Source: Candidatus Hydrogenedentota bacterium
GTDB taxonomy: Bacteria; Hydrogenedentota; Hydrogenedentia; Hydrogenedentales; JAEUWI01
Length of the DNA: 64,000 nt
NCBI GenBank assembly: GCA_034669905.1
Contig: JAXMOL010000007.1
Location: 96,001-160,000, forward strand
Reading direction: 5' to 3'
A program made the translations under genes and the position numbers. The notes beneath the pieces are model-generated. The model was not told the origin of the DNA, ran no database searches, and saw only the letters and a list, made by a program, of their open reading frames with translations. Shown piece after piece: positions 27,669 through 36,649 of the stretch (the first letter of the stretch is position 1; every line of letters starts with the position of its first letter).

Positions 27669-29089
27669 GGTTGGCGTTCTCTCTCTGCCCGGACCGATCG
27701 AATCAGGATGCCAGACGTCGCAAGGCACACGAGCAGTAACGTTAATACGGCGAATCCAAAGTGGTGCGCCCACATGATTGTCGAAAAGGCCCCTCCCACG
27801 CAAATCAGATAGGTCGGCAGGGAGCGGTCTTCTCGCCAGGAAAGCTTGGCCACCCGAAGTGAAATGAACAGGGTGTATCCGCAGAAAAAGAAGTTGGAAA
27901 TGAACAGGGCCACCGCGGCACCCCAAATGCCGTAAAGCGGGATGAGCCAGAAATTAAAGGCAATGCTGACAATCGCACCGACAAATGAGGCATTGGCGAT
28001 ATAGTGCGTACGTTCGTTGGCAACCAATCGAAAGTTGCTCTGAATATAGATGGGACGGAGCAGAATGGTGCCCATGACCATAGACAATATGGGCAAGGCC
28101 CGGTGGTAGTCCTCTGGCAGATATCCGGTTATGAAGGGGAAGACGAGCAGGAGCAGGGCCCCGCCGGCTGCCGCAATAGATACGCACAGGTTGGTGTACA
28201 AGGCCAGCCAAAACTCACACTTCTGCTTGTCATCCGAATGACTGTAGATCCGAGGCTCGAAATACGTCGCCAGAGACGCGTAGACAAGATAGATTCCACC
28301 GCCGATTGTGAAGGCAAAGGTAAAGACGCCCACATCCTCGGTCGTGCTATAGGCTTCCAGAAAGAAACGGCTGAAGTAGGTAAGGACGTTTCCACTGGCC
28401 ACGTGGAACACGAAAGGCCAGCCAAAGAGTAAGAGCTTACGAACCACCGCGGACTCGGACGGGGTGGAGGCCGTGCGACGCAGGAGTGGAATGTTAAAGA
28501 GCATCATACCCACTGCGGCAATACCAAATCCGGCCACATAGGCAAGACTGTTTCCGATGTACACCGCGAGAAGTAGCACAAAGACGAACTTCAGGCCCAC
28601 ATACCAAAGGCGGAACTTCAGGAAGTTGCCCAGGTCATTTTCTGAGCGACTCACGCAGACGCAGAGCATGTTGAGATTAAAGAGCGCAATGATAACGCTC
28701 ATCAGGAACAGGTGGGGTGCCACGGGAATGCCAAAGAAGGTTTCCCAGCCCGCCAGGTAAAGGATGAGAACGATGAGCGAGGGAATCCAGGCAACAATCG
28801 CCCATAGAACGAGTACCGACCGTAAGAACGGGCTGGGGCTCTCCTCATTGGCGTAAAAGCGGAGTATGGCACGATCGAGCCCCACCATAGACACACTCGA
28901 TACGAGTACCTCAATGGAGACGAGGAGGCCGACGCGACCGTATTCCTCCGTCGACTGGAGAAAGAGGGGCAGCACCACCAACAAGCCCCAGTTAATTCCC
29001 CGGGACAATCCTTCCGCGGCGCCAAAGGATAAAATCTGATGGGCGGTACCCCGGCCTCGGCCTGGCCAAAGCTTTTTAAGCGCGTTCAC
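27665..29089 (-). CDS. wzx: Oligosaccharide flippase (Wzx/MOP superfamily)
   Basis: About 12-14 TM segments; EEYG, GLDRAILRF, LLFGWPF, DVGVF, NFWLIPLYGIWGAAVA. Confidence 0.88.
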   Translation of the reverse strand: MNALKKLWPGRGRGTAHQILSFGAAEGLSRGINWGLLVVLPLFLQSTEEYGRVGLLVSIEVLVSSVSMVGLDRAILRFYANEESPSPFLRSVLVLWAIVAWIPSLIVLILYLAGWETFFGIPVAPHLFLMSVIIALFNLNMLCVCVSRSENDLGNFLKFRLWYVGLKFVFVLLLAVYIGNSLAYVAGFGIAAVGMMLFNIPLLRRTASTPSESAVVRKLLLFGWPFVFHVASGNVLTYFSRFFLEAYSTTEDVGVFTFAFTIGGGIYLVYASLATYFEPRIYSHSDDKQKCEFWLALYTNLCVSIAAAGGALLLLVFPFITGYLPEDYHRALPILSMVMGTILLRPIYIQSNFRLVANERTHYIANASFVGAIVSIAFNFWLIPLYGIWGAAVALFISNFFFCGYTLFISLRVAKLSWREDRSLPTYLICVGGAFSTIMWAHHFGFAVLTLLLVCLATSGILIRSVRAERERQP

Positions 29090-29179
29090 GAGAAACCAAC
29101 ACCTTCACAGCCGACAACCATTCAAGCCTGAACAGCACCGCATTCATATGCGGCGTGATTCGGCGGAAGGCTGTTTCCC

Positions 29180-30607
29180 TTAGAGAGACGCTTGCCAACC
29201 CAGTCGCAAAAAGTCAGGGCTCAGTTCCATCCAGCCGGAATCGGGGTCGTTGTACATCAGGTTGATGGACATTTCGTAGGGTACGTCCGCGGCCTGCGCC
29301 TGGAAACGGACTACGATGATTTCGCCAGGGGTCCAACTGGAGGTGGGAGGGGTGGGTTTGAATCCCCACTTCTGGAGTTGGCTGGGTTTTCCATTGCGTT
29401 CTGGAATCTTACTGACGTGGGACTTATCCACAACGCCGTGAACGTAAATATGAAAATCTTTTTCCAGCGGCGCGCTGGTTCGGAAGGCCATGGTCCATTC
29501 GTACTGGTTTCCACCAAACAAAGCGTACTTGAAGCCCAGCAATTCAACCTCATCGCTCAGCGCCATTGGATACCCTTCCTGGGCGTCCATTTTCGCTTTC
29601 AGGGCCGCTTCCACGCGGGCGATTTCCGTGCTGTCTGATGCCGCATCCGCCTTGAGCGCACCGAGCTTTTCCGCCAACGAAAACAAGTCGTCCAGGCCGG
29701 GCGTGGTCTGGGCGAGTTCGCCGATAGCGGAAGCCGGAAGCGCACTCGGGAGAATATTCAATTCGTCCATGCTTCCCTTGCTGCCGCGGCCTGCTGGCGA
29801 GATCTTGACGGCCTGACCAGCGCCCAGCGCCTCGTTGGCGGTCGGGTCGGTATATTCGGCCTGAAGTGCACCATCGAAATAAACCCGCAGGGTCGCATCT
29901 TCACGTTGGAAGGCGTAGTGATGCCAATCCACGACGTTCTCGGCGAGACGTATGGGGTGGGACAAGATCGGCGCCGGGTTGCCGGGGACATAAAAATTCA
30001 GGTAGACCCGACGGTCTGTGCCATCGGAATTGCCGCGTTGATAGAGCCCAAACCCACCGTCTTTACCCGTGAAGTTGCTTACGATGGTCTGATATCCGTC
30101 GGGAAAGGGAAGATGCTCGCTGCGCCACCAAAAGGAAACCGTAAAATCCTGCCCAGCGGCAAAGGCGGCACCCACATCGGTTGCAGGTATCGTGATAGCG
30201 TCATCGACGCCGTCAAATGACAAGGCGTTCTCAACCACCCCCGGTACGCTGTGGGCGGTTGTGTGGGCGGTTCCGGTTTCGTCCAGGAATACCTGGTGAT
30301 GTGCGTAGTCCGACCGGTCCACTACCGCCGTATCCGCATTCTTGTCGTCCATGGCAAGATGCAGTATCGGGAGAGTCGGATCGCCAATGGCGGTAGCCGG
30401 TTCCTGCGCCACGGGCTTTTCAGCGACAGGCGCGGCTTTTTCTGCGGCAGGTTCCGCAGTCGCAGGGGCTATCGGGGTCACCGCAGCGGAGGGACGGGGC
30501 GTCTCCTCGGACTTTTTTTCACAACTGCTGAGCAATGCGCCTGCACAAAGAGCCAAGGCGGAACAAGTTACAATTCCCAAGGGCTTCCAATTTGAAGACG
30601 TAGTCAT
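29180..30607 (-). CDS. Lipoprotein with LamG-like domain and C-terminal beta-sandwich (PTSxWxPGE module)
   Basis: Start re-placed at MTTSSNWK; lipobox LLSSC, Ala/Pro/Glu linker; ALSFDGVDD, FTVSFWW, WHHYAF; C-terminal DFHIYVHG...PPTSSWTPGEII. Confidence 0.8.
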   Translation of the reverse strand: MTTSSNWKPLGIVTCSALALCAGALLSSCEKKSEETPRPSAAVTPIAPATAEPAAEKAAPVAEKPVAQEPATAIGDPTLPILHLAMDDKNADTAVVDRSDYAHHQVFLDETGTAHTTAHSVPGVVENALSFDGVDDAITIPATDVGAAFAAGQDFTVSFWWRSEHLPFPDGYQTIVSNFTGKDGGFGLYQRGNSDGTDRRVYLNFYVPGNPAPILSHPIRLAENVVDWHHYAFQREDATLRVYFDGALQAEYTDPTANEALGAGQAVKISPAGRGSKGSMDELNILPSALPASAIGELAQTTPGLDDLFSLAEKLGALKADAASDSTEIARVEAALKAKMDAQEGYPMALSDEVELLGFKYALFGGNQYEWTMAFRTSAPLEKDFHIYVHGVVDKSHVSKIPERNGKPSQLQKWGFKPTPPTSSWTPGEIIVVRFQAQAADVPYEMSINLMYNDPDSGWMELSPDFLRLGWQASL

Positions 30608-30713
30608 ACTTTTCTGCAGTCCTTCTAGACGATGATAGGGTAAGGGGCGTGAATGGGGAACGGGTATCCAAGACGATACTCCCCGCCCAATTTGCCCGCG
30701 ATCATACCCCAAC

Positions 30714-32612
30714 TCAAGGGCGTGATGCCAATAATACGATTTCTGATTCAGACAAGGCCCGCGCGTAGAGGCGGAAGTCATCGAAGGCGCCCGGCGCGCC
30801 CGGCGTGGTCGATCCCAGTAGTAGATGCTCCCCGGCTCCGAGGCGTTGGGTCGCTGACCCATCGGTGTACGTCTTCAGGATCTTGCCATCACGCCATGCC
30901 CGCAGCGTGGTGCCCTCCCGCTGAAACACGTAGTGGTGCCATGTCCCCATGTTTTCTGGCCCATCCGTGGCCGCGGCGAGTACCGGGGGACCCTCTCCCG
31001 GAAGGTAAAAGTTCAAATAAATGCGCTGAGACGTCCCTGCGCTGTTGCCCCGTTGGAAGAGGATGAGACCACCACGTACCTCGCTACGGTTTCGGAGGAT
31101 GGCCCGATAGCCGTCGGGAAAGGGGTCACTATCACTTCGCCACCAGAATGCCATTGTGAAATCGGCATTCTCGGCAAAGAAGTGCGCGACCTGCTCTTTC
31201 GGGATTTGGATGGCGTCGTCCATGCCGTCGAAGGCCAATGCCCCACCAATTACGCCGGGGATTGCGTGCCTGGACGTGTGGGGATTTCCACTGGCATCCA
31301 GAAAAGTCTGGCCCAGCTCTTCGCGCTTTGCCTCCGCCACGAGCGCCGACGGGGTGTTGTCATCGAGCGGCAGGTGCAGCATCGCGGCCGGAGAAGTTGC
31401 GGCCAGGCCCTTTTCCGACGCGTCCAGGCCCAAGGCCCCCCGCACCGCCGGAGCTAGCGTATCGGCAATGATGCCATAACCCGCGGGGAACGGGTGCCCA
31501 TCGGGAGAATCAAAACGGTAAATCCGCTCCGGCGTCAGGGCCGCCTGTTGAAGCGGCGTCAGGATATCGACGTATCGGCTTTCGGGCAGGGAGTCCAGCA
31601 ATGCGGCCAGGCTATCGATTCGTTGCTGTTCCAGGCGGACGAGATCGCGATAGGCCTGGGGGGCATCGAGGCCATCCCGTGCCACTTTCTTTTGGTACAC
31701 CAGTTCGTGGGTGGGGATGATGGTGTAGACAATAGCGACGTTGTGCTGGGCGGCGAGGGCGCTGATTCGGCGGGATATTTCGCCCATAATGGCGTAGCCG
31801 GCATCGACGACAGGATTCTCGGCATTGACCAGGAGGCGTCGCTCGGCGGTGAATACATGGGTGGTCTCATCCGCAAACGTGGTTTCCCAGTGTGCCAGGT
31901 TATCAAGTGGGGGAAGGTCATCCTGCGAAAGGCTATCGTCGGGAATCAGGTCGTGGAAGTAGGGGTTGGCATAGACGAGCCGGAAGGCTTCCAGGGCGTC
32001 GTTACCCATATAGTGGGCCACCACAACGACCTTGGGTTCGAAGGCCAGCAGTTTCTCAAAGAGGTAGTAGTAATGAACCCCACACCAGCCGCCGATAGAC
32101 ACGTTGTAGAGCTCGGGGGTGACGCCGCGGTGACTCAAGAGAGGGCGCAATTGGGAAGGCCAGATTTCGGGGAAACGGGCATTGGCGCCGTAGGTCTGGC
32201 TGTCGCCCAGGGTAATCACGTCGGCGCGATTGGGCACGCCAAGATTGCGGAATCCAATGGCGTCATGGGGGCCCTTGTAGCCCATGTCTTCCAGCATGGG
32301 AATGGGCCGATGGATCAAATGGGGATCGGGCAGATAAATCCGATGATCCCGATAGAAGACTTCGAGCCCACTCAATTCTGTGGCCTGCGTCGGGTCCTCC
32401 CGGTTAAAGAGTAGTTCAAAGAAAGGAGGCACCGCTTCATCCACCTGGACCAGCCGTATATCCGCCGGTGCGTGGGCGCTACCCGGAAGGAGTTGGGGGG
32501 CCAGCAGCCGGAGGCCGATCAGGCCCAGCCCGAGCGTTACAACGGTCACGAGCACGGACAAGAGGAGTTTCTTTGCGATGTCTGGCATGGGAGGCTTTCG
32601 TGTCGGTGTCAA
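30714..32612 (-). CDS. Membrane-anchored SGNH/GDSL hydrolase fused to a LamG-like domain
   Basis: N-terminal TM; DAIGFRN, TLGDSQTYG, YMGND, DGHP; LamG ALAFDGMDD, WHHYVF, DDFRLYARALSESEI; alternative start ATG 32588. Confidence 0.85.
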   Translation of the reverse strand: MTPTRKPPMPDIAKKLLLSVLVTVVTLGLGLIGLRLLAPQLLPGSAHAPADIRLVQVDEAVPPFFELLFNREDPTQATELSGLEVFYRDHRIYLPDPHLIHRPIPMLEDMGYKGPHDAIGFRNLGVPNRADVITLGDSQTYGANARFPEIWPSQLRPLLSHRGVTPELYNVSIGGWCGVHYYYLFEKLLAFEPKVVVVAHYMGNDALEAFRLVYANPYFHDLIPDDSLSQDDLPPLDNLAHWETTFADETTHVFTAERRLLVNAENPVVDAGYAIMGEISRRISALAAQHNVAIVYTIIPTHELVYQKKVARDGLDAPQAYRDLVRLEQQRIDSLAALLDSLPESRYVDILTPLQQAALTPERIYRFDSPDGHPFPAGYGIIADTLAPAVRGALGLDASEKGLAATSPAAMLHLPLDDNTPSALVAEAKREELGQTFLDASGNPHTSRHAIPGVIGGALAFDGMDDAIQIPKEQVAHFFAENADFTMAFWWRSDSDPFPDGYRAILRNRSEVRGGLILFQRGNSAGTSQRIYLNFYLPGEGPPVLAAATDGPENMGTWHHYVFQREGTTLRAWRDGKILKTYTDGSATQRLGAGEHLLLGSTTPGAPGAFDDFRLYARALSESEIVLLASRP

Positions 32613-32634
32613 TGGTTCCGTTGGTGTGGGCGTG

Positions 32635-33066
32635 CTAAAACTGGCGCTCGTAGCGGCTGATGTCGTCTGTCGACGTATGGTCTACCCAGCTGCTTGGGCC
32701 GTTCGGCCGCTTCAGCTGGAGCCGGTCACGGCCGGTCAAGCGCATGATCAATCCCATGGGCGTAATCATGAGGTAGAAAAAAGCCGCTACCAGAACCCGA
32801 CTCATAATGGAGCCCATGACGAAAGCTACCGCCATCCAGGGCCAATAGACTGCCAGCGCAAGGCGACTGCCACTCAATCCAAGCACGCCAGAGACCACGG
32901 CAAAGCCCCAGCAGCCCCAGGCAAGTGGTGCGCTCTGCGTGATCGGCCAGTTCCAGGGCCAGGCATAAAAGACCAGCCCAATGACCCCGAAGCCGACCAA
33001 CATAGTCAGGCCAAACTTTCGGCGGGCGGTCGTGTCGGGTTTCCAATCGATTGTAACGAGAGACAT
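32635..33066 (-). CDS. SxtJ family membrane protein
   Basis: RKFG, W..VAFVMGSIMSRVL..FFYLMITPMGLIMRLTGRD.L and the C-terminal YERQF; aggag RBS upstream. Confidence 0.85.
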   Translation of the reverse strand: MSLVTIDWKPDTTARRKFGLTMLVGFGVIGLVFYAWPWNWPITQSAPLAWGCWGFAVVSGVLGLSGSRLALAVYWPWMAVAFVMGSIMSRVLVAAFFYLMITPMGLIMRLTGRDRLQLKRPNGPSSWVDHTSTDDISRYERQF

Positions 33067-33094
33067 GGTGGCGTGCTCCTGAAGGGCTGTCGGC

Positions 33095-33256
33095 CTAAAA
33101 CAGCGTATAAATAAAGGGTGCCGCTGCGGTGCCCCCAAAGAGGACCAACAGGGTCAGGGCAAGCACCACGATAAGGATAGGCACCATCCAATACACCTTG
33201 TTGGTTCTTATATAGAGAATAAACTCACTCAGGATTCCCGGTCGCTTCGTGGCCAT
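33095..33256 (-). CDS. DUF5989/SxtK-like small membrane protein (53 aa)
   Basis: MATKRPGILSEFILYIRTNKVYWMVPILIVVLALTLLVLFGGTAAAPFIYTLF, with the K.YW..P and APFIYTLF signature; ggag RBS. Confidence 0.88.
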   Translation of the reverse strand: MATKRPGILSEFILYIRTNKVYWMVPILIVVLALTLLVLFGGTAAAPFIYTLF

Positions 33257-33340
33257 GGGGTCCGCTCTCCTAACGCGTTTTGTCGTGTCTTGTGTTCCGG
33301 TGCTGACGCTCGGCGGTGTACCGCAGTGCACCGTCCCGCA

Positions 33341-35161
33341 TTAATCCAGCTTAAACTGTTTCTTGTAGGCTTCCGCACCCTCCATTGGCGCTTGTTCCGA
33401 CTTGATGCAAAGGCAATTTTCCAATATCAACACATCCATATCGGAAAACATGAAGCACCGATAGGCTTCTTCCGGTGTGCCGACAATGGGTTCCCCCCGG
33501 ATATTGAAGGAGGTGTTGATCACCATCGGACAACCCGTGCGCGATTCAAAGGCCTTGATAAGACGATAATACCGTGGGGACTGGTCTTCGTTCACGGTCT
33601 GAATGCGGGCGGAATAGTCGACGTGCGTGACCGCAGGGATGTCTGAGCGGGCCTCGTTGACCAGGTCAATACCAAACAAGCCACCCTTTCCCGGTGGCAG
33701 GCGGCGGGCCTCGGCCACGGGTGCGACGATCAGCATATAGGGGCTTTCGCCCTCGAGCTCGAAATAATCGGCGGCCCGTTCTTCCAGACAGCTCGGCGCA
33801 AACGGCCGAAAGGACTCACGAAATTTGATCTTTCGATTCATCGTGGATTGAAGGGTCGGGTTCCGCGGGTCTCCGAGTATACTGCGTCCACCCAACGCCC
33901 GGGGACCGAACTCCATTCGTCCTGCGAAATGTCCCACGATCTGACCCGCTTCCAGGTGGGTGGCCACGGTATCCAGCAATTCCGCTTCGGATTCGAAATG
34001 GATGTAGCGCGCACCCATGCGATCGAGCTGCGCTCGGATTTCTTCATCAGAATACGAAGGGCCCAGATAGCTGCCCTGTTGTTGGTCCGTAGTCGTAACG
34101 TACCGTTCGTGGCCCATAATCTGGTGCCATGCGAAGCATGCCGCACCCAACGCACCCCCGGCATCGCCTGCGGCCGGTTGAATCCAGATCTTCTTGAAGG
34201 GCCCGTCGCGCAGCAGCGCTCCATTGGCGACGCAGTTGAGGGCGACCCCGCCGGCGAGGCACAGATGGTCCAGCCCGGTTTTCTGGTGGACGTGGGTTGC
34301 GATTCGGAGCACCACTTCTTCCAATACCACCTGAATGCTTCGGGCCAGATCCATTTCCCGCTGGGTGATGGGGGACTCAGGCTTCCGCGGTTCCCCCCCG
34401 AAGAGCCGGTGAAAATGTTTGCTCGTCATGGTGAGGCCACTGCAGTAGTTGAAATAGCGTTGGTCTAACCAGAAGGAACCGTCATCGTGCACCGAAATAA
34501 GATGTTCCCGGATGAGATCGGCATAGCGGGGTTCACCATAGGGCGCGAGTCCCATGAGTTTGTATTCGCCCGAATTCACCCGGAATCCCGTGTAGTAGGT
34601 AAAGGCGCTGTAAAGGAGGCCCAACGAGTGGGGGAAGTGTATTTCCTTTTCAAGGCGGAGGTGATTGCCCCGTCCCACGCCCCAGCTGGTTGTGGTCCAT
34701 TCCCCGACGCCATCCAGCGTGATGACGGCCGCCTCTTCAAAGGGCGAAGGGAAAAAAGCGCTGGCGCCGTGGGACTCGTGGTGCTCGGTAAAGTAGATCG
34801 GTCCCGAATACTGGTTCCTGAGGCCCCCGTCGATTTCGCGCGGCAGAAATAGTTTTTCACGGACCCACAGGGGCAAGGCCATCATGAAAGAGCGGAGCCC
34901 GAAGGGAGCGGTGGCCAAATAGGTCTCAAGAATGCGTTCAAATTTCAGTAGGGGCTTGTCGTAAAAAACGACGGCATCCAGGGATTCGGGGCCGATGCCT
35001 GCGGATTCCAGGCAGTAGGCTACGGCATGGGTGGGGAAGGCCGCATCGTGCTTGATGCGGGTAAAACGTTCTTCCTGTGCCGCGGCGAGGATTACACCAT
35101 CGCCCAACAGGGCCGCGGCGCTGTCGTGGTAAAAGGCCGATATGCCAAGTACGTAGATAAT
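33341..35161 (-). CDS. Carbamoyltransferase (NodU/CmcH family, SxtI-like)
   Basis: LGISAFYHDSAAAL, AAQEERFTR.KH, EHHESH, DGVGEW, FPHSLG, NSGEYKLMGLAPYG, AGGVALNC, MEFGPRALG.RS, KFRESFRPFAP, INTSFN.RGEP; start uncertain (ATT 35161 or ATG 35290). Confidence 0.95.
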   Translation of the reverse strand: MIYVLGISAFYHDSAAALLGDGVILAAAQEERFTRIKHDAAFPTHAVAYCLESAGIGPESLDAVVFYDKPLLKFERILETYLATAPFGLRSFMMALPLWVREKLFLPREIDGGLRNQYSGPIYFTEHHESHGASAFFPSPFEEAAVITLDGVGEWTTTSWGVGRGNHLRLEKEIHFPHSLGLLYSAFTYYTGFRVNSGEYKLMGLAPYGEPRYADLIREHLISVHDDGSFWLDQRYFNYCSGLTMTSKHFHRLFGGEPRKPESPITQREMDLARSIQVVLEEVVLRIATHVHQKTGLDHLCLAGGVALNCVANGALLRDGPFKKIWIQPAAGDAGGALGAACFAWHQIMGHERYVTTTDQQQGSYLGPSYSDEEIRAQLDRMGARYIHFESEAELLDTVATHLEAGQIVGHFAGRMEFGPRALGGRSILGDPRNPTLQSTMNRKIKFRESFRPFAPSCLEERAADYFELEGESPYMLIVAPVAEARRLPPGKGGLFGIDLVNEARSDIPAVTHVDYSARIQTVNEDQSPRYYRLIKAFESRTGCPMVINTSFNIRGEPIVGTPEEAYRCFMFSDMDVLILENCLCIKSEQAPMEGAEAYKKQFKLD

Positions 35162-35240
35162 GACTCTATATCTCCAACAGGAATCAGGGGGAAACAGGGA
35201 TGGGGCAGCGTGAAGTGTGGTCCCTGTGCGGAGGCGCGAC

Positions 35241-36563
35241 TCAGGCCTTTCGCACCTTGCCGTCCGGGTCGGGCAAACCGCCCAGGGCATTGCGGGTGTC
35301 CATAATCAGCGCCGCGTGCTTCAGGATAAAGGGGTAATCGTAGTCGCTGTGATCCGTGACCACCAGGATGCAGTCCTGCGAGGCGAGAAAGCGTTCGGTC
35401 AAGGGCTGACTCTCCATCGCGGGAATATCGGGCCAACGCCGCATCTTCGGGAGGACGGCGATATGGGGGTCGTTGTAGGTGACGTTTACCCCCTTTTTTA
35501 ACAGACGCCGGATAAGCTCAAAGGTGGGGCTTTCCCGCGGGTCATCCACGTCCTTTTTGTAGGCCGCTCCCAGAATACAAATGCGACTTCCCCGCAAGGC
35601 CTGGCCCTGGTCATTCAGGGCGTCTGCAAGGCGGGAAACGACGTAGTTTGGCATGCTGGTGTTGATTTCGCCCGCCAGTTCAATGAAGCGGGTAGTCAGG
35701 CCGGCCTGTCGTGCAATCCAACTCAGATAGAAGGGGTCAATGGGGATGCAATGGCCCCCCAGGCCCGGCCCCGGGTAGAACGCCTGGAAACCAAAGGGCT
35801 TGGTCTTTGCCGCATCAATGACTTCCCACACATCGATGTCGAGCCGGTCGAAGATGACTTTGAGTTCATTTGCCATCGCGATATTCACCGCGCGGTAGGT
35901 GTTCTCCACAATTTTCGCGGCCTCCGCCACGTCGCAGGACGAAACCTGTACGATCTTGACGATGGCCTCCTGATACAGGGCGACGGTCAGTTCCGTAGAG
36001 GCATCATCGTAGCCACCGACCAGCTTGGGAATGCCGTCGGCCGAGTAATCCGAGTTGCCGGGATCTTCCCGTTCGGGGCTGTAGGCCAGGAAGAAATCCT
36101 TTCCGACCGTCAGTCCGCTGCGTTCGAGGATGGGCAACATGACGTTGCGGGTGGTGCCGGGGTAGGTCGTGCTCTCCAGCACCACCAACTGGCCCGGGCG
36201 AAGTCGCTTCGCAATGGCCGCGCAGGTGGACTCCACATAGCTCAGGTCCGGCTCCCGGCCCTGACCCAGGGGGGTAGGCACACAAATGAGCAAGACGTCA
36301 GCCTCATCGAGCCGCCCCATGTCATCCGTCGCCGTGAACTTACCACTGGCAATCCAGTCCTGGAGCCACGCCGAGGGCACATGCTTGATGTAACTGTTTC
36401 CCGCCCGAAGCGACTCCACTTTGTGGTTGTCGGTGTCGTAACCAATGACGGAATAGCCCGCATTGATAAAGGCGCGAATCAGGGGAAGGCCCACATAGCC
36501 GAGTCCGATAATACCGACGGAGACCGATTTTCGCTGAATTCGATCAAGCAATTGCTCGTGCAT
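35241..36563 (-). CDS. UDP-N-acetylglucosamine 6-dehydrogenase (WbpA-like nucleotide sugar dehydrogenase)
   Basis: GLGYVGLP, CVPTP, ESTTYPGTT, YSPEREDPGN, TKPFGF..FYPGPGLGGHCIPIDP, YKKDVDD.RESP. Confidence 0.9.
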   Translation of the reverse strand: MHEQLLDRIQRKSVSVGIIGLGYVGLPLIRAFINAGYSVIGYDTDNHKVESLRAGNSYIKHVPSAWLQDWIASGKFTATDDMGRLDEADVLLICVPTPLGQGREPDLSYVESTCAAIAKRLRPGQLVVLESTTYPGTTRNVMLPILERSGLTVGKDFFLAYSPEREDPGNSDYSADGIPKLVGGYDDASTELTVALYQEAIVKIVQVSSCDVAEAAKIVENTYRAVNIAMANELKVIFDRLDIDVWEVIDAAKTKPFGFQAFYPGPGLGGHCIPIDPFYLSWIARQAGLTTRFIELAGEINTSMPNYVVSRLADALNDQGQALRGSRICILGAAYKKDVDDPRESPTFELIRRLLKKGVNVTYNDPHIAVLPKMRRWPDIPAMESQPLTERFLASQDCILVVTDHSDYDYPFILKHAALIMDTRNALGGLPDPDGKVRKA

Positions 36564-36649
36564 AACTATCGATTTCCGTAGGCCACCCTTCGGAAAGGGC
36601 GGCTGCCTGTGTCAAAACGGGGATTTCGGTTGCTCGGGAGTTGCCCGCC

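Noticed and set aside
30714..35161. Saxitoxin biosynthesis cluster
   Set aside because: Only sxtI/J/K/L-like genes are present; no sxtA, sxtG or other core genes, and the context is polysaccharide synthesis
36582..36603. Hairpin between the copolymerase and dehydrogenase genes
   Set aside because: No U-tract on the coding (minus) strand, so not called as a terminator
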